NCBI GenBank assembly: GCA_018674305.1
Contig: JABHAL010000001.1
Location: forward strand, 4,635 to 68,634
Reading direction: 5' to 3'
DNA: 64,000 nucleotides
From: Candidatus Falkowbacteria bacterium
Lineage (GTDB): Bacteria > Patescibacteriota > Patescibacteriia > UBA11705 > JABHMO01
Position 1 is the stretch's first letter. The number at the start of each line of letters is the position of its first letter. The position numbers were made by a program, and so were the translations under genes. Below, piece after piece: positions 1 to 8,891 of the stretch. A model generated the notes under the pieces. The model saw only the letters and a list, made by a program, of their open reading frames with translations. It did not search any database and had not been told where the DNA came from.

Positions 1-10
1 ATATATTGAT

Positions 11-769
11 TTACTCGCCTGATTCTTTCTTCATTTTACCTGTAAATCCTTCAAAAGCTCTTAAAATTTCAATTGGCAAAGCAAAGACTACTGTATTTGA
101 CTGATCTGAACTTAAGTCATTGAGTGATTGCAAAGTCCTCAAATGAAGAGCTCCCGTTGAACCAGCTAACATTTTTGCAGCCTGAGCCATATTTGCTGAC
201 GCCTGAACTTCACCTTCGGCCTTGATAATAACTGCTCTTTTTTCTCTTTCCGCTTCAGCTTGCTTGGCAATGGTTCGTTCCATGTTTTCTGGTAAAGACA
301 CATCCTTTAGTTCCACATTTTCAACTTTTACTCCCCATGGATCGGTAGCTTTATCAACAATAACTTTAATTTTCTCAGAAATCTTATCGCGCTGACTCAA
401 TAATTCATCCAACTCAACCTCACCAACAATATTTCTCATCGTTGTTTGAGCTAATTGAGAAACAGCATAATAGAAATTTTCCACTTCCAAAATTGCCTTA
501 CCGGCATCTGTTATTTTGTAATAAATAACGGCATTAACACCAACTGAGATGTTATCCTTGGTAATTGCTTTTTGATCAGGAACGTCAACGGCTTTTGTTC
601 GCATATCCACTTTGGTCATCTGTTGAAAGACTGGCAACACAATTCTCCAGCCAGCATTTTTTACTCCTGTAAATCGTCCCATAGTAAACATCACACCTCT
701 TTGGAATGCATTGATCTGCCGCAAACTAATCACAATAAGAAAAATGATAACTCCAATAATATAATACAT
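11..769 (-). CDS. SPFH/band-7 (stomatin/prohibitin-like) membrane protein
   Basis: N-terminal TM helix, then an SPFH-like core (AVDVPDQKAITKDNISVGVNAVIYYKI...RNIVGEVELDELLSQRDKISEKIK) and a coiled-coil/Ala-rich tail (KQAEAEREKRAVIIKAEGE). Confidence 0.8.
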   Translation of the reverse strand: MYYIIGVIIFLIVISLRQINAFQRGVMFTMGRFTGVKNAGWRIVLPVFQQMTKVDMRTKAVDVPDQKAITKDNISVGVNAVIYYKITDAGKAILEVENFYYAVSQLAQTTMRNIVGEVELDELLSQRDKISEKIKVIVDKATDPWGVKVENVELKDVSLPENMERTIAKQAEAEREKRAVIIKAEGEVQASANMAQAAKMLAGSTGALHLRTLQSLNDLSSDQSNTVVFALPIEILRAFEGFTGKMKKESGE

Positions 770-811
770 ATGAATGGCAAAACTCGAATTTTAAAATTTG
801 AGTTTTTATTA

Positions 812-1882
812 TTAATTATTTATTTCTTCAAGTTGTTTTTTTAAATCTTCTAGCTGTTTTTCCAATTCAGCAGGATCAACACCTTCAATTTGCTTGAGTT
901 GCTCTTCGAAATCAAGTGTAGCACCATCTTCACTGTCCAATCCCATCAAATCCAAATCCATACCGGGCATAAATACTTCTGCCATGTTGAAATCACGGAC
1001 ATTAGCAGGTTCCTTGATTTCAAATTCCTGATCATAATCTGAAAAACTTAATGAGATATCATATTTCATGGAACCACGCTCTTCAGTTTCGGTCAACCAC
1101 CCTAGCTCTGCTTTGTATATTAGATAATCATCCACACCAATCCATAGATTACCAGTTACACTAGATAGAGCCTGAACTGATTCATCTAAATCAGTTTTTT
1201 CCTGAGCTGTTAAATTACGATCCTCCATGATCTCTGTAGCTTTTTGTAAAAACATTTTTAGATCCTTTTGATTCAAATTAGTTTGAAAGTTATATACTTC
1301 CTTGCCATCAAGATCCTTGATACCATTATTGGTAACAACATCAAAAAAATCTGTATTCTTGATCAATTTACGCAATTCTTTATTTTTCTTTTCATCAATC
1401 TTTTTTTGTTTACTTGATAAATCTTGTCCAAAACCAAGAGAACTAAAATCAAACTTGTACCAATTCCCTTTCAACTTAGATAAATCAGCAATTTGCAAAT
1501 TAGGTACCTCTGACAATGAAAAGTATAAAGTTTCCGATAAGTAACGGATTACTCCACTGAAAGATAGTTCTGATTCATCCAACCGATATTTAATATCGCC
1601 CGCCAAATCATAAGCCAAGTCCTTGCGCACATCAATCGGCCCATTAAGTTTAACTATCAACGCGCCCGGCACTAATGCCGCATTTGTAGACCCAAGATTT
1701 TCCAACTGTGGAAACTGGCCATGTACTCCGATACTGATTTCAGTATTATATGATTGCACACCAGACATCGCCAAAACCATTTTTTTCAAAACCTTTTCTG
1801 GACTTGGAGTACAAGCAGTTACACTAACCAAGACGACCACACACATTAAAATCATCCCTCCTATTTTCATTGTTCGCTGCAT
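812..1882 (-). CDS. hypothetical lipoprotein (signal peptide + lipobox VTAC), coiled-coil C-terminus
   Basis: MKIGGMILMCVVVLVSVTAC lipoprotein signal; no recognisable catalytic motifs. Confidence 0.5.
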   Translation of the reverse strand: MQRTMKIGGMILMCVVVLVSVTACTPSPEKVLKKMVLAMSGVQSYNTEISIGVHGQFPQLENLGSTNAALVPGALIVKLNGPIDVRKDLAYDLAGDIKYRLDESELSFSGVIRYLSETLYFSLSEVPNLQIADLSKLKGNWYKFDFSSLGFGQDLSSKQKKIDEKKNKELRKLIKNTDFFDVVTNNGIKDLDGKEVYNFQTNLNQKDLKMFLQKATEIMEDRNLTAQEKTDLDESVQALSSVTGNLWIGVDDYLIYKAELGWLTETEERGSMKYDISLSFSDYDQEFEIKEPANVRDFNMAEVFMPGMDLDLMGLDSEDGATLDFEEQLKQIEGVDPAELEKQLEDLKKQLEEINN

Positions 1883-1895
1883 ATAAACAAGTTTC

Positions 1896-1939
1896 GAATA
1901 TTACGCGAATATTACACTAATATTACACGAATATTGTAT
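1896..1939. repeat. four direct 11-bp repeats GAATATTAC(G/A)C, iteron-like
   Basis: gaatattacgc/gaatattacac/taatattacac/gaatattgtat with an exact 11-nt period, immediately upstream of the lipoprotein gene start. Confidence 0.6.
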
Positions 1940-1960
1940 TCACATTAATTAAACATTCTC

Positions 1961-2338
1961 TTAAGAATCTCTAGAAGAATAAGTTGTTTTAATCCATTTA
2001 TTTAACTGGTAATGGACTTGTTGTGCTCTCTCCACAAATAATTTATACTTTTCCTGAGTAATTTTTTCTCTCTTATACATTAGATCACACCAATGTTTTG
2101 ACTCCATTAATGATGCCCTTGCATTATAATAAAATTTAATTCGATCAAGATAGTGAAAACGACCATAACCTTCAACAATATTTGCAGCGTTAGAATCAAC
2201 TGAGCGAATAAATTGATCGCCAAGTATTTTTCTGTCTTGCCAACTTAAAAACTCATACAGCTGCCAACCCAAATCGCACAACTCTAGGGATATTTTATAA
2301 ACAAAAACATCTTCAATTGGAATATACTTACTTTCCAT
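1961..2338 (-). CDS. four-helix-bundle protein (23S rRNA intervening-sequence protein family, PF05635-like)
   Basis: SNAANIVEGYGRF...FYYNARASLMES matches the family signature AANIAEG.GR...A.GS..E. Confidence 0.75.
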   Translation of the reverse strand: MESKYIPIEDVFVYKISLELCDLGWQLYEFLSWQDRKILGDQFIRSVDSNAANIVEGYGRFHYLDRIKFYYNARASLMESKHWCDLMYKREKITQEKYKLFVERAQQVHYQLNKWIKTTYSSRDS

Positions 2339-2394
2339 TTTGTTATAATATTTGTTTAATATTTGCGCAATATCTGTTCAATATCTGTTCAAAT

Positions 2395-2715
2395 TTAAAA
2401 TTCTAATGAAGCTTCTTGCCAAGCGTCTTGTGAACCATTCCATTTGAAAATTTCTAAATTGTTTACAAACTCAGTGGCTGAATAATCATATTTCACGGAC
2501 ATATCACTACCAGATCGACTAGAATAAAAAGTTTTTTTATCCAATACTTTAGGAGTAGTTGTCCGTATTAATTTAATTCTTCCCATAGGTGAATCAAAGA
2601 CCACGGTTTCGATAATGCCACTCTCAATTTCAGGATGATCCTCAGTCAATTCTTCCTCCAACTGAAAATTTTCCTTAATTTTGAGCATCGCATCTTCCCA
2701 TTTTTCATCATTCAT
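2395..2715 (-). CDS. hypothetical protein
   Basis: 106-aa ORF, coding-like composition, no recognisable motif. Confidence 0.4.
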   Translation of the reverse strand: MNDEKWEDAMLKIKENFQLEEELTEDHPEIESGIIETVVFDSPMGRIKLIRTTTPKVLDKKTFYSSRSGSDMSVKYDYSATEFVNNLEIFKWNGSQDAWQEASLEF

Positions 2716-2921
2716 ATTATTAATAGTAAAACAAGCTAAACAAGTAAAACTAGCAAGACAAGTTATGTTAACTTGTTTTACTTGCTTTCCCTGAACTTAA
2801 CGAGCTTTGCGAGTTATAGTTTAGGGTCTCGCCCGCCTGCCAGAAAGCAGGCTAGTCTAGCTAGTCTTGCTCGTTCTAGTATATCAAAACAGTAGATTTT
2901 AGCAAATAATTTCCAACTAAA

Positions 2922-2957
2922 CAAAAAACGTGACTAAAGTAGTCACGTGTAATTTTA
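2922..2957 (-). terminator. rho-independent terminator (hairpin acgtgact..agtcacgt with flanking A/T runs)
   Basis: perfect 8-bp stem followed by a T-run on the minus strand, directly downstream of the 2980..3411 gene. Confidence 0.5.
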
Positions 2958-2979
2958 GACAACTCACAGTTGAGTGTTG

Positions 2980-3411
2980 TCATTTACTTTTCTTTCCTTT
3001 GCCCTTTCTTTCCCTGGCAGCTTGTTTCCTTTTTTCGAACTCATACAATCGATGAGCTTCTTTGAGATATATTCCTCGATAATACCGGAGCATGCTCTTG
3101 GTAGTTTCAAGTGTCAACCCATATCTTTTAGCTACCTGGTCACGAACATTCGCGTTACTAGATCTATCCTTCTCAGGAACTTTGGTGTTAATATAAAGAT
3201 GAAGTCGGCCTGCTGTCGGCCATAATCTCTTCCACTTGGGATCCTTTTGGCTCAAACTGTGAATAATTTCGGCCATTCGCTGACATTCAGCTTTTTGATC
3301 ATGATTTTTTTGTCCGGACTTCAACCACTCACTAACGTTTCGCCTGAACACAATCAACAAAATTAGCAGAACAAGAACAACTGCCAAAAACATATAAGTG
3401 GGAGTCAACAT
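2980..3411 (-). CDS. hypothetical membrane-anchored protein with basic tail
   Basis: N-terminal TM (FLAVVLVLLILLIVF), Lys/Arg-rich C-terminus. Confidence 0.45.
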   Translation of the reverse strand: MLTPTYMFLAVVLVLLILLIVFRRNVSEWLKSGQKNHDQKAECQRMAEIIHSLSQKDPKWKRLWPTAGRLHLYINTKVPEKDRSSNANVRDQVAKRYGLTLETTKSMLRYYRGIYLKEAHRLYEFEKRKQAARERKGKGKKSK

Positions 3412-3561
3412 TTAAGACCTCCAATCTTTAAATGAACTAATTGTATATTCCATATTAACTCTTTTGTAGTGCTCTGTCAAGGCTAACTTAAAAACCCTCC
3501 TTTCTAAATTCTGAACACAGTTCAGGGCAACAGAAAGGAGGGTTTTTATATTTCTATACTT

Positions 3562-4680
3562 TTATAATTCCGAACGAATCTTTTCCATCAAGCTTAAATA
3601 AAACTCAAGGTTATTTAACGTTGCCAACCTCTGCGCTAATGGCTCATCAGTATTAAACATATGCCGTAAATATGCCTTGGAATAATTTCTTAACTCTGCA
3701 AACTGAGACTCAGCGTTGATTGGACTTTGATCGAACTTAAATTTCTCGTTCTTTATATTTATTGTTGAATAAAACTCTTTTCCTGCCTCTAAAATATTAT
3801 CTACTTGATTCTTATCACTTGAAGATTGAAACTTGTATAAACGTCCATGTCGCGCTTCCCGAGTTGGAATCACGCAATCAAACATATCAATTCCACGCTT
3901 GACTGCCTCCACAATCTGATGTGGATAGCCAACTCCCATTAAGTAACGTGGTTTGTCCTCAGGCAGGTGTGGGCAGGTCATTTCTAGAGCTGAATACATT
4001 TCTTGCTCAGACTCTCCTACTGCCAATCCACCAACTGCATAACCATCAAACCCAATTTTAATCAAATCCTTTGCACTCTTTTCTCGCAAATCAGGTTCCA
4101 AGCCACCCTGAACTATCCCGAATAATAGAGGTTGCTTGGTTAATTGGTTAATTAGGTGATTATTTAAAAAAGCTTTACACCGCTTAGCCCAAGCTGTAGT
4201 TAATTCAACTGATCTTTCCAAGTAATCACGCTCAGCTGGCAATTTCACACATTCATCTAGTACCATCATAATATCTGAACCAATGTTAATTTGGATTTTG
4301 ATTGATTCTTCAGGTGTCATGAAAAACTTTTTACCATCTAGATGTGAATTGAATTCAACTCCATCTGGGGTGATCTTACTAATCTTGGACAAAGAAAAAA
4401 CCTGAAAACCACCAGAATCTGTCAAGATCGGTTTTCCCCAATTCATAAATTTATGTAAACCACCCAGCTTCTTGATTTCCTCTGACCCAGGTCGGAGCAT
4501 TAGATGATAAGTATTACCCAGAATAACATCTGGACCTAGCTTCTCAACCTCCTGATAACTCAAAGTTTTAATCGCACCCTTGGTAGCAATCGGCATAAAA
4601 CAAGGGGTTTGGATTTTACCCTTGCGTGTAGTTAACTCACCTCGGCGAGCCTTACCTTTAGTTGTTTTTAGATTAAACAT
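3562..4680 (-). CDS. tgt: queuine tRNA-ribosyltransferase (tRNA-guanine transglycosylase)
   Basis: LTDSGGFQ, GGLAVGE and GIDMFDCV catalytic/substrate motifs; TIM-barrel Tgt family throughout. Confidence 0.85.
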   Translation of the reverse strand: MFNLKTTKGKARRGELTTRKGKIQTPCFMPIATKGAIKTLSYQEVEKLGPDVILGNTYHLMLRPGSEEIKKLGGLHKFMNWGKPILTDSGGFQVFSLSKISKITPDGVEFNSHLDGKKFFMTPEESIKIQINIGSDIMMVLDECVKLPAERDYLERSVELTTAWAKRCKAFLNNHLINQLTKQPLLFGIVQGGLEPDLREKSAKDLIKIGFDGYAVGGLAVGESEQEMYSALEMTCPHLPEDKPRYLMGVGYPHQIVEAVKRGIDMFDCVIPTREARHGRLYKFQSSSDKNQVDNILEAGKEFYSTINIKNEKFKFDQSPINAESQFAELRNYSKAYLRHMFNTDEPLAQRLATLNNLEFYLSLMEKIRSEL

Positions 4681-4768
4681 ATTGTTCTAAACGATTATAC
4701 TACAAAATTAAACCTTTTTCAAGACTAAAAAAGCTCCGCATAAGATGCAGAGCTTTATTTTTCACTTG

Positions 4769-5102
4769 CTAAATAACTGGAATCACCAGTTGCTTCAGTT
4801 CAGTTACAACATAGGCTCTGAGCTTCTCACCATGATCAAGCATTCGAATAACCATTTCTTCTTCAAGAACAAACGGGTACCAATAACTGACCAAATTGTG
4901 ATGAAGGGTTGCTTTTCCAGGAACTCCTACTAAACCTTTGAATTCGTATTTCCTCAAACCGATTTTCTCTGCTGCCTGTTCCACAGACTCAGCATCCACA
5001 TAACCCATCTTTTGCCTGGCATCATGACAAAAAATCGGCGTTGAGTTAGGTTTGTCCGGAATAACTTCAAAAAATTCCACAAGAAAAACTTCATTCGCCA
5101 TC
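4769..5102 (-). CDS. hypothetical protein (start reassigned to MANEV, behind SD GGAGAAATCTG)
   Basis: ORF with a good SD; third gene of a three-gene small-protein operon. Confidence 0.4.
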
Positions 5103-5141
5103 AGATTTCTCCTCGAGTTCAACAAAAAGAATTTTTTCTGA

Positions 5142-5462
5142 TCAGTTCAACTGACCAGCATCTTCCAATTTCTCAACCTGTCGCAAGCGAAAGCCTTTGA
5201 CAATTTCACCATTACTGAGTTTTCTCAAAACTTCACCTAGGTCATCTTCCTTGTACCAATAGGATTCAAACTGACCACGGAACCAAACTGCTTTAACTTC
5301 AGAAAAATCTAATTTCCCTAGACCGAAGAGAACTGCTGCTTGGTTGGGATCTGTGCAACCCTCAAAATCAACTACACCAAGAACATTTTCGTTCTCATCA
5401 AAAATAGGTTGTTGTGGATTGCTATCCGGGTGAATATTAAACTCACCAATCAAATATTCCAT
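5142..5462 (-). CDS. hypothetical protein
   Basis: SD AGGAGAATA before the ATG; operon partner of 5477..5797. Confidence 0.4.
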   Translation of the reverse strand: MEYLIGEFNIHPDSNPQQPIFDENENVLGVVDFEGCTDPNQAAVLFGLGKLDFSEVKAVWFRGQFESYWYKEDDLGEVLRKLSNGEIVKGFRLRQVEKLEDAGQLN

Positions 5463-5476
5463 TATTCTCCTGTAAA

Positions 5477-5797
5477 TCAGTCCTCTTCAGGGCCATCAAC
5501 TTCAGTGATTTTGTATCCGTAAATAGCTGAGCCATCCTTCATTGTCACATCACAACCTAGTGTGATTACCAATTTCCCATCCACTTCTTCGACTTTAGTT
5601 CCTTCAGGCAAATAGAGCGGCTCATCAGTTAGAGGGTCAGAAATCAAAGACTCTTTTCCTAACCCATGCTTTTTGAAAATCGCATCAACTTTTTCAGCAC
5701 CAATTGCACCGAAAGATGTAGAAAAAGTCCGTTCCTCAATTTTTCCGTCTTTCAGAATATACTTCTGCCTGGTAACCAAAAACCATTTTTCAGACAT
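5477..5797 (-). CDS. hypothetical protein
   Basis: SD GGGAGG 6 nt upstream; preceded by a promoter-like conserved element. Confidence 0.4.
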   Translation of the reverse strand: MSEKWFLVTRQKYILKDGKIEERTFSTSFGAIGAEKVDAIFKKHGLGKESLISDPLTDEPLYLPEGTKVEEVDGKLVITLGCDVTMKDGSAIYGYKITEVDGPEED

Positions 5798-5828
5798 AAT
5801 TACCTCCCATTAAATTAAAGAACAATTC

Positions 5829-5869
5829 AATAATTAATCCTACCTTAATTCCAACAGTTTGTCAATACA
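5829..5869 (-). promoter_or_regulatory. conserved 41-nt promoter-region element, copy 1 (TTGACA ...17 nt... TAGGAT)
   Basis: aataattaatcctaccttaattccaacagtttgtcaataca, near-identical to 6581..6621; contains TTGACA on the gene strand directly after an upstream terminator hairpin. Confidence 0.5.
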
Positions 5870-5917
5870 AAAAAAGACCCCGCAATTTACGGGGTCAAAG
5901 CATTTCGTAAGATCGAA

Positions 5918-6550
5918 TTACTCGCTATACTGCTTTTTTTTATTTTCTTCGAGAGCTGCATCAATCAAGAGCCTATCTTCCGGATACTTTCCCAAAAGCA
6001 TTTCACGAAGAGTCGGGCCAGCCTCGTCAGATCCATCTTTGATCTTTGTATCTCGATGAGAATATGCGTCCACAAAGTCACAAATAGAAATGATCGTGGA
6101 AATGTTCAATACCTTCTTAATAGTGGCAGGATTCCAATGCTTTGGAAAATCCTCAACTGTCAGACCATAGCCAGCCTTGTAAACTGCGTGATGCAAACCA
6201 GCGCAAAGCGCAGTAAATTCATGAAAATCTTTCAGTGCTTCTACTCCTGCGACAGCATGTCTTTTTACTTCAGCATACTCCTCGGCAGTAATATTGCGTC
6301 CGTCAAAAAGGTAATAAGGCAAGACAATCTTGCCAATGTCGTGCAGTAAGCCAGCGAAAAATGCCGCTTTTCCATCCTTGTGAAGCTTCAGGGCCACAGC
6401 TTCGCTAAGTAATGCCACGCGCTCCAGATGTACCTTTACTTCTGGATGCTGTACTCCACTCAAAGCCAGGAAGATTTTTGCAGTTTGATCCAGGCTACCT
6501 TGGGGCTGATATTTTTCAATCTTCCTCTTAACCAAGGTTGATATCTTCAT
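5918..6550 (-). CDS. HD-domain phosphohydrolase
   Basis: H...HDIGK motif (FAGLLHDIGKIVLPYY) plus a downstream conserved His/Asp. Confidence 0.7.
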   Translation of the reverse strand: MKISTLVKRKIEKYQPQGSLDQTAKIFLALSGVQHPEVKVHLERVALLSEAVALKLHKDGKAAFFAGLLHDIGKIVLPYYLFDGRNITAEEYAEVKRHAVAGVEALKDFHEFTALCAGLHHAVYKAGYGLTVEDFPKHWNPATIKKVLNISTIISICDFVDAYSHRDTKIKDGSDEAGPTLREMLLGKYPEDRLLIDAALEENKKKQYSE

Positions 6551-6580
6551 CTGAACCTCCTATTATACAAAGAACTATTT

Positions 6581-6621
6581 AATAATTAAGCCTACCTTAA
6601 TTTAAACAGTTTGTCAAGAAT
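6581..6621 (-). promoter_or_regulatory. conserved 41-nt promoter-region element, copy 2
   Basis: aataattaagcctaccttaatttaaacagtttgtcaagaata; downstream of it lie a TATAAT and an AGGAGG SD before the HD gene ATG. Confidence 0.5.
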
Positions 6622-6637
6622 ACCCCCGATCCTTGTC

Positions 6638-6696
6638 ATCCCGGACACTGATCCGGGATCTAGTAAATTTCAGGGGATTCCGGATTAAATCCGGAA
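6638..6696 (-). other. pair of GC-containing hairpins (atcccggacactgatccgggat / attccggattaaatccggaat) 3' of ftsL
   Basis: two perfect 8-9 bp inverted repeats sharing a tcc(c)gga core; no T-run follows. Confidence 0.4.
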
Positions 6697-6815
6697 TGAC
6701 GAAAAGGGGATGAATAAAAAATCCACCTAACCTAAAGGCGGATATGTTAAGTGTTAAGTGTTAAGTAATTATAAAATAACAACCCTCGAGCTGTTATTTT
6801 TATACTTTTATATTT

Positions 6816-7163
6816 TTATCTTTGGGCCACCAACTGACCAGCAGAATCATAATAGGTTATACAATCAATTGGAACCATATTTAATTGGCTAACTTTTTCG
6901 GACAAATCTGTCATGGATCTCATCTCAATAGCTTGCAGTTGTAATTTTTCATTAGATTCCTGTAATGCAGTAATTTGTTTTTCAATATCACGAACTTGAA
7001 AACCCTTAGCAGCAATGTAATTGACCTCAACTAAATACACAACAATCGAACCAACAAACAAAAGACCTACCATCACCAAAAATACTGGCTTAGTCAATTT
7101 AGCCAAACGACGGTGCAAGTGGCTACTTCTTTTTGGCTTTAATGATTGTGAATATTTAGTCAT
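6816..7163 (-). CDS. ftsL: cell division protein FtsL-like (bitopic, coiled coil)
   Basis: immediately follows rsmH in the conserved dcw order; single TM plus coiled coil. Confidence 0.6.
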   Translation of the reverse strand: MTKYSQSLKPKRSSHLHRRLAKLTKPVFLVMVGLLFVGSIVVYLVEVNYIAAKGFQVRDIEKQITALQESNEKLQLQAIEMRSMTDLSEKVSQLNMVPIDCITYYDSAGQLVAQR

Positions 7164-7184
7164 AGAAATAATTAAAGGGAATAA

Positions 7185-8138
7185 TTAGATCTTTTCAGCA
7201 ACTCTGAGTTTAGCACTTCGACAACGAAAGTTCTGAATAATTTCTTCTTCTGATGGAACGATTGGTTTTTTGGTTATTATTTTGTACTGAGATCTATGTT
7301 CACAACGACAGACTGGAATCTCTTTTGGACAATGACACTGCGTTGCTTCATGACGAAAAAACTCTTTTATAATACGGTCTTCAATTGAATGAAAAGCGAT
7401 TACTGCCACTCTGGCCCCTGGCTCCAACAACTGTGTAATATCTTTCAATACCATGCGAATATTGGCTAATTCATTATTAACCTCCATTCGCAAAGCCTGA
7501 AAAACTTTTGTTGCTGGATGAATTCTTGATTTTTTACGTGGTAAAGTTCTAACGATTAGACCGACCAACTCCAAAGTTGTTTTAAGTCTATCTTGTTTTC
7601 TGGTTTCACAAATAGCTGTGGCAATTTTCCTAGCTGATTCTTCCTCAGCATTTTCCCTGAAAATATTAGTTAACTTATCTAACGGATACGTATTGACAAT
7701 GTGCTCGGCTGTTAAAGGATTACTTTCTGCATCATAACGCATGTCTAGCGGTTCATTAACCTGAAAAGAAAATCCACGTCCTGAATCTTGCAATTGATCT
7801 GAAGAAAGGCCAAGATCAAAAAGGATCCCGTCAATTTTATTAAATTTTTTATCATACACTGCTTGTTTTATTTCTATATAAGATTCATTTACTAAAACCA
7901 ATCGGCTGGCATATTTTGCTAATCGTTCTCTGGTTCTAGTAATTGCCTGCTTGTCCCAGTCTAAGCCTAGGACTTTCCCGTTTGGTCCAGTTAGAGACAA
8001 GATCGCCTCTGCGTGCCCTCCACCTCCAATGGTACAGTCAACAAAATTTTGATTTTTATGAGGATTTAACGCCTCAATGACCTCTTTCATGAGGACCGGT
8101 TTATGTACTGTCATCACATTTTTTGGATCTATTACCAA
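7185..8138 (-). CDS. rsmH: 16S rRNA (cytosine1402-N4)-methyltransferase RsmH/MraW
   Basis: VDCTIGGGGHAEAIL and LDLGLSSDQL motifs; dcw-cluster position. Confidence 0.9.
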   Translation of the reverse strand: MVIDPKNVMTVHKPVLMKEVIEALNPHKNQNFVDCTIGGGGHAEAILSLTGPNGKVLGLDWDKQAITRTRERLAKYASRLVLVNESYIEIKQAVYDKKFNKIDGILFDLGLSSDQLQDSGRGFSFQVNEPLDMRYDAESNPLTAEHIVNTYPLDKLTNIFRENAEEESARKIATAICETRKQDRLKTTLELVGLIVRTLPRKKSRIHPATKVFQALRMEVNNELANIRMVLKDITQLLEPGARVAVIAFHSIEDRIIKEFFRHEATQCHCPKEIPVCRCEHRSQYKIITKKPIVPSEEEIIQNFRCRSAKLRVAEKI

Positions 8139-8199
8139 ATAAAGATTAGTTCTAAAATTTTTAATAATTGCTTAGCCATACTATTTATTTTTATTTTAT

Positions 8200-8631
8200 T
8201 TAAACACCTAACTCACCTAATTGTTCAGCAATATCATTGCTATCCTTCTCTGTCTGATTTTTGTATGTATTCCATTTACCTTCATCCCAAATTTCCAAAC
8301 GATTATAAAGACCGGTAATAACAACCTTCTTTTTTACACTTGAATACTGACGCAGATAATCTGGCAACATAATTCGGCCTTGAGAATCTAATTTAACGTC
8401 CATAGCGCCAGCTAACATAAGCCGAGAAAAAGCCCGGCTATTCGCCTGGCTAATTGGAAGGGTTGCTAATTTTTGGGCAAGAACTGTCCATTCAGTTTTG
8501 GTATACACAAAAAGACAGTTATCTAATCCCCGTGTAACGACTGCCCCTGACTTTAATGCAGCTCGAAATTTGGCAGGGATTGCTAGTCTGCCTTTGGAAT
8601 CAACTGAATAATTGTATTCACCGATGAACAT
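8200..8631 (-). CDS. mraZ: transcriptional regulator MraZ
   Basis: MFIGEYNYSVDSKGRLAIPAKFR, duplicated MraZ/SpoVT-AbrB-like domains; start moved to the internal Met. Confidence 0.85.
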   Translation of the reverse strand: MFIGEYNYSVDSKGRLAIPAKFRAALKSGAVVTRGLDNCLFVYTKTEWTVLAQKLATLPISQANSRAFSRLMLAGAMDVKLDSQGRIMLPDYLRQYSSVKKKVVITGLYNRLEIWDEGKWNTYKNQTEKDSNDIAEQLGELGV

Positions 8632-8749
8632 AATTGAACGTTTAAACAAAAATGAAGAAAAGAGTTGTGAAAGTAATTCCACAATTCCCCACTTTTCTTC
8701 ACTCTGCAGTCATTATACCCCACCAAATACCATTGAGCAACACTTTTCT

Positions 8750-8819
8750 TGTGGATAACTTCTTGTGTAAAATTAAACAATCTAGACCTTTCCTAAATAA
8801 ATTATTGCGCTGTGGATAA
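8750..8819. promoter_or_regulatory. two direct repeats TGTGGATAACT(T/A), 61 bp apart, upstream of mraZ
   Basis: exact 11/12-mer repeated; reverse complement equals the DnaA-box consensus TTATCCACA; an additional TTGTG(G/T) half-repeat lies nearby. Confidence 0.45.
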
Positions 8820-8857
8820 CTATTTCTCTAAATTAAATAAAAAAACAGCCGTAGGTA

Positions 8858-8891
8858 CAAGTCTCGACGTATCCCTACGGCTGTTTTTTTT
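8858..8891. terminator. bidirectional rho-independent terminator
   Basis: cagccgtagg...cctacggctg stem flanked by A7 and T8 runs. Confidence 0.7.

Noticed and set aside
572-844. 90-aa plus-strand ORF overlapping the SPFH gene end
   Set aside because: It is antisense to a well-supported gene, has low complexity, and has no RBS.
1302-1886. Plus-strand ORFs (80 and 87 aa) inside the lipoprotein gene
   Set aside because: Antisense overlaps without signals; the window is overwhelmingly minus-strand coding.
8583-8780. 65-aa ORF overlapping the mraZ start
   Set aside because: It overlaps the conserved mraZ N-terminus out of frame; the extended 160-aa mraZ frame is also trimmed to MFIGEY.
8750-8819. 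Chromosomal replication origin (two DnaA-box-complement 9-mers)
   Set aside because: Only two boxes and no dnaA/dnaN nearby. They are more likely an operator for mraZ/dcw regulation than oriC.
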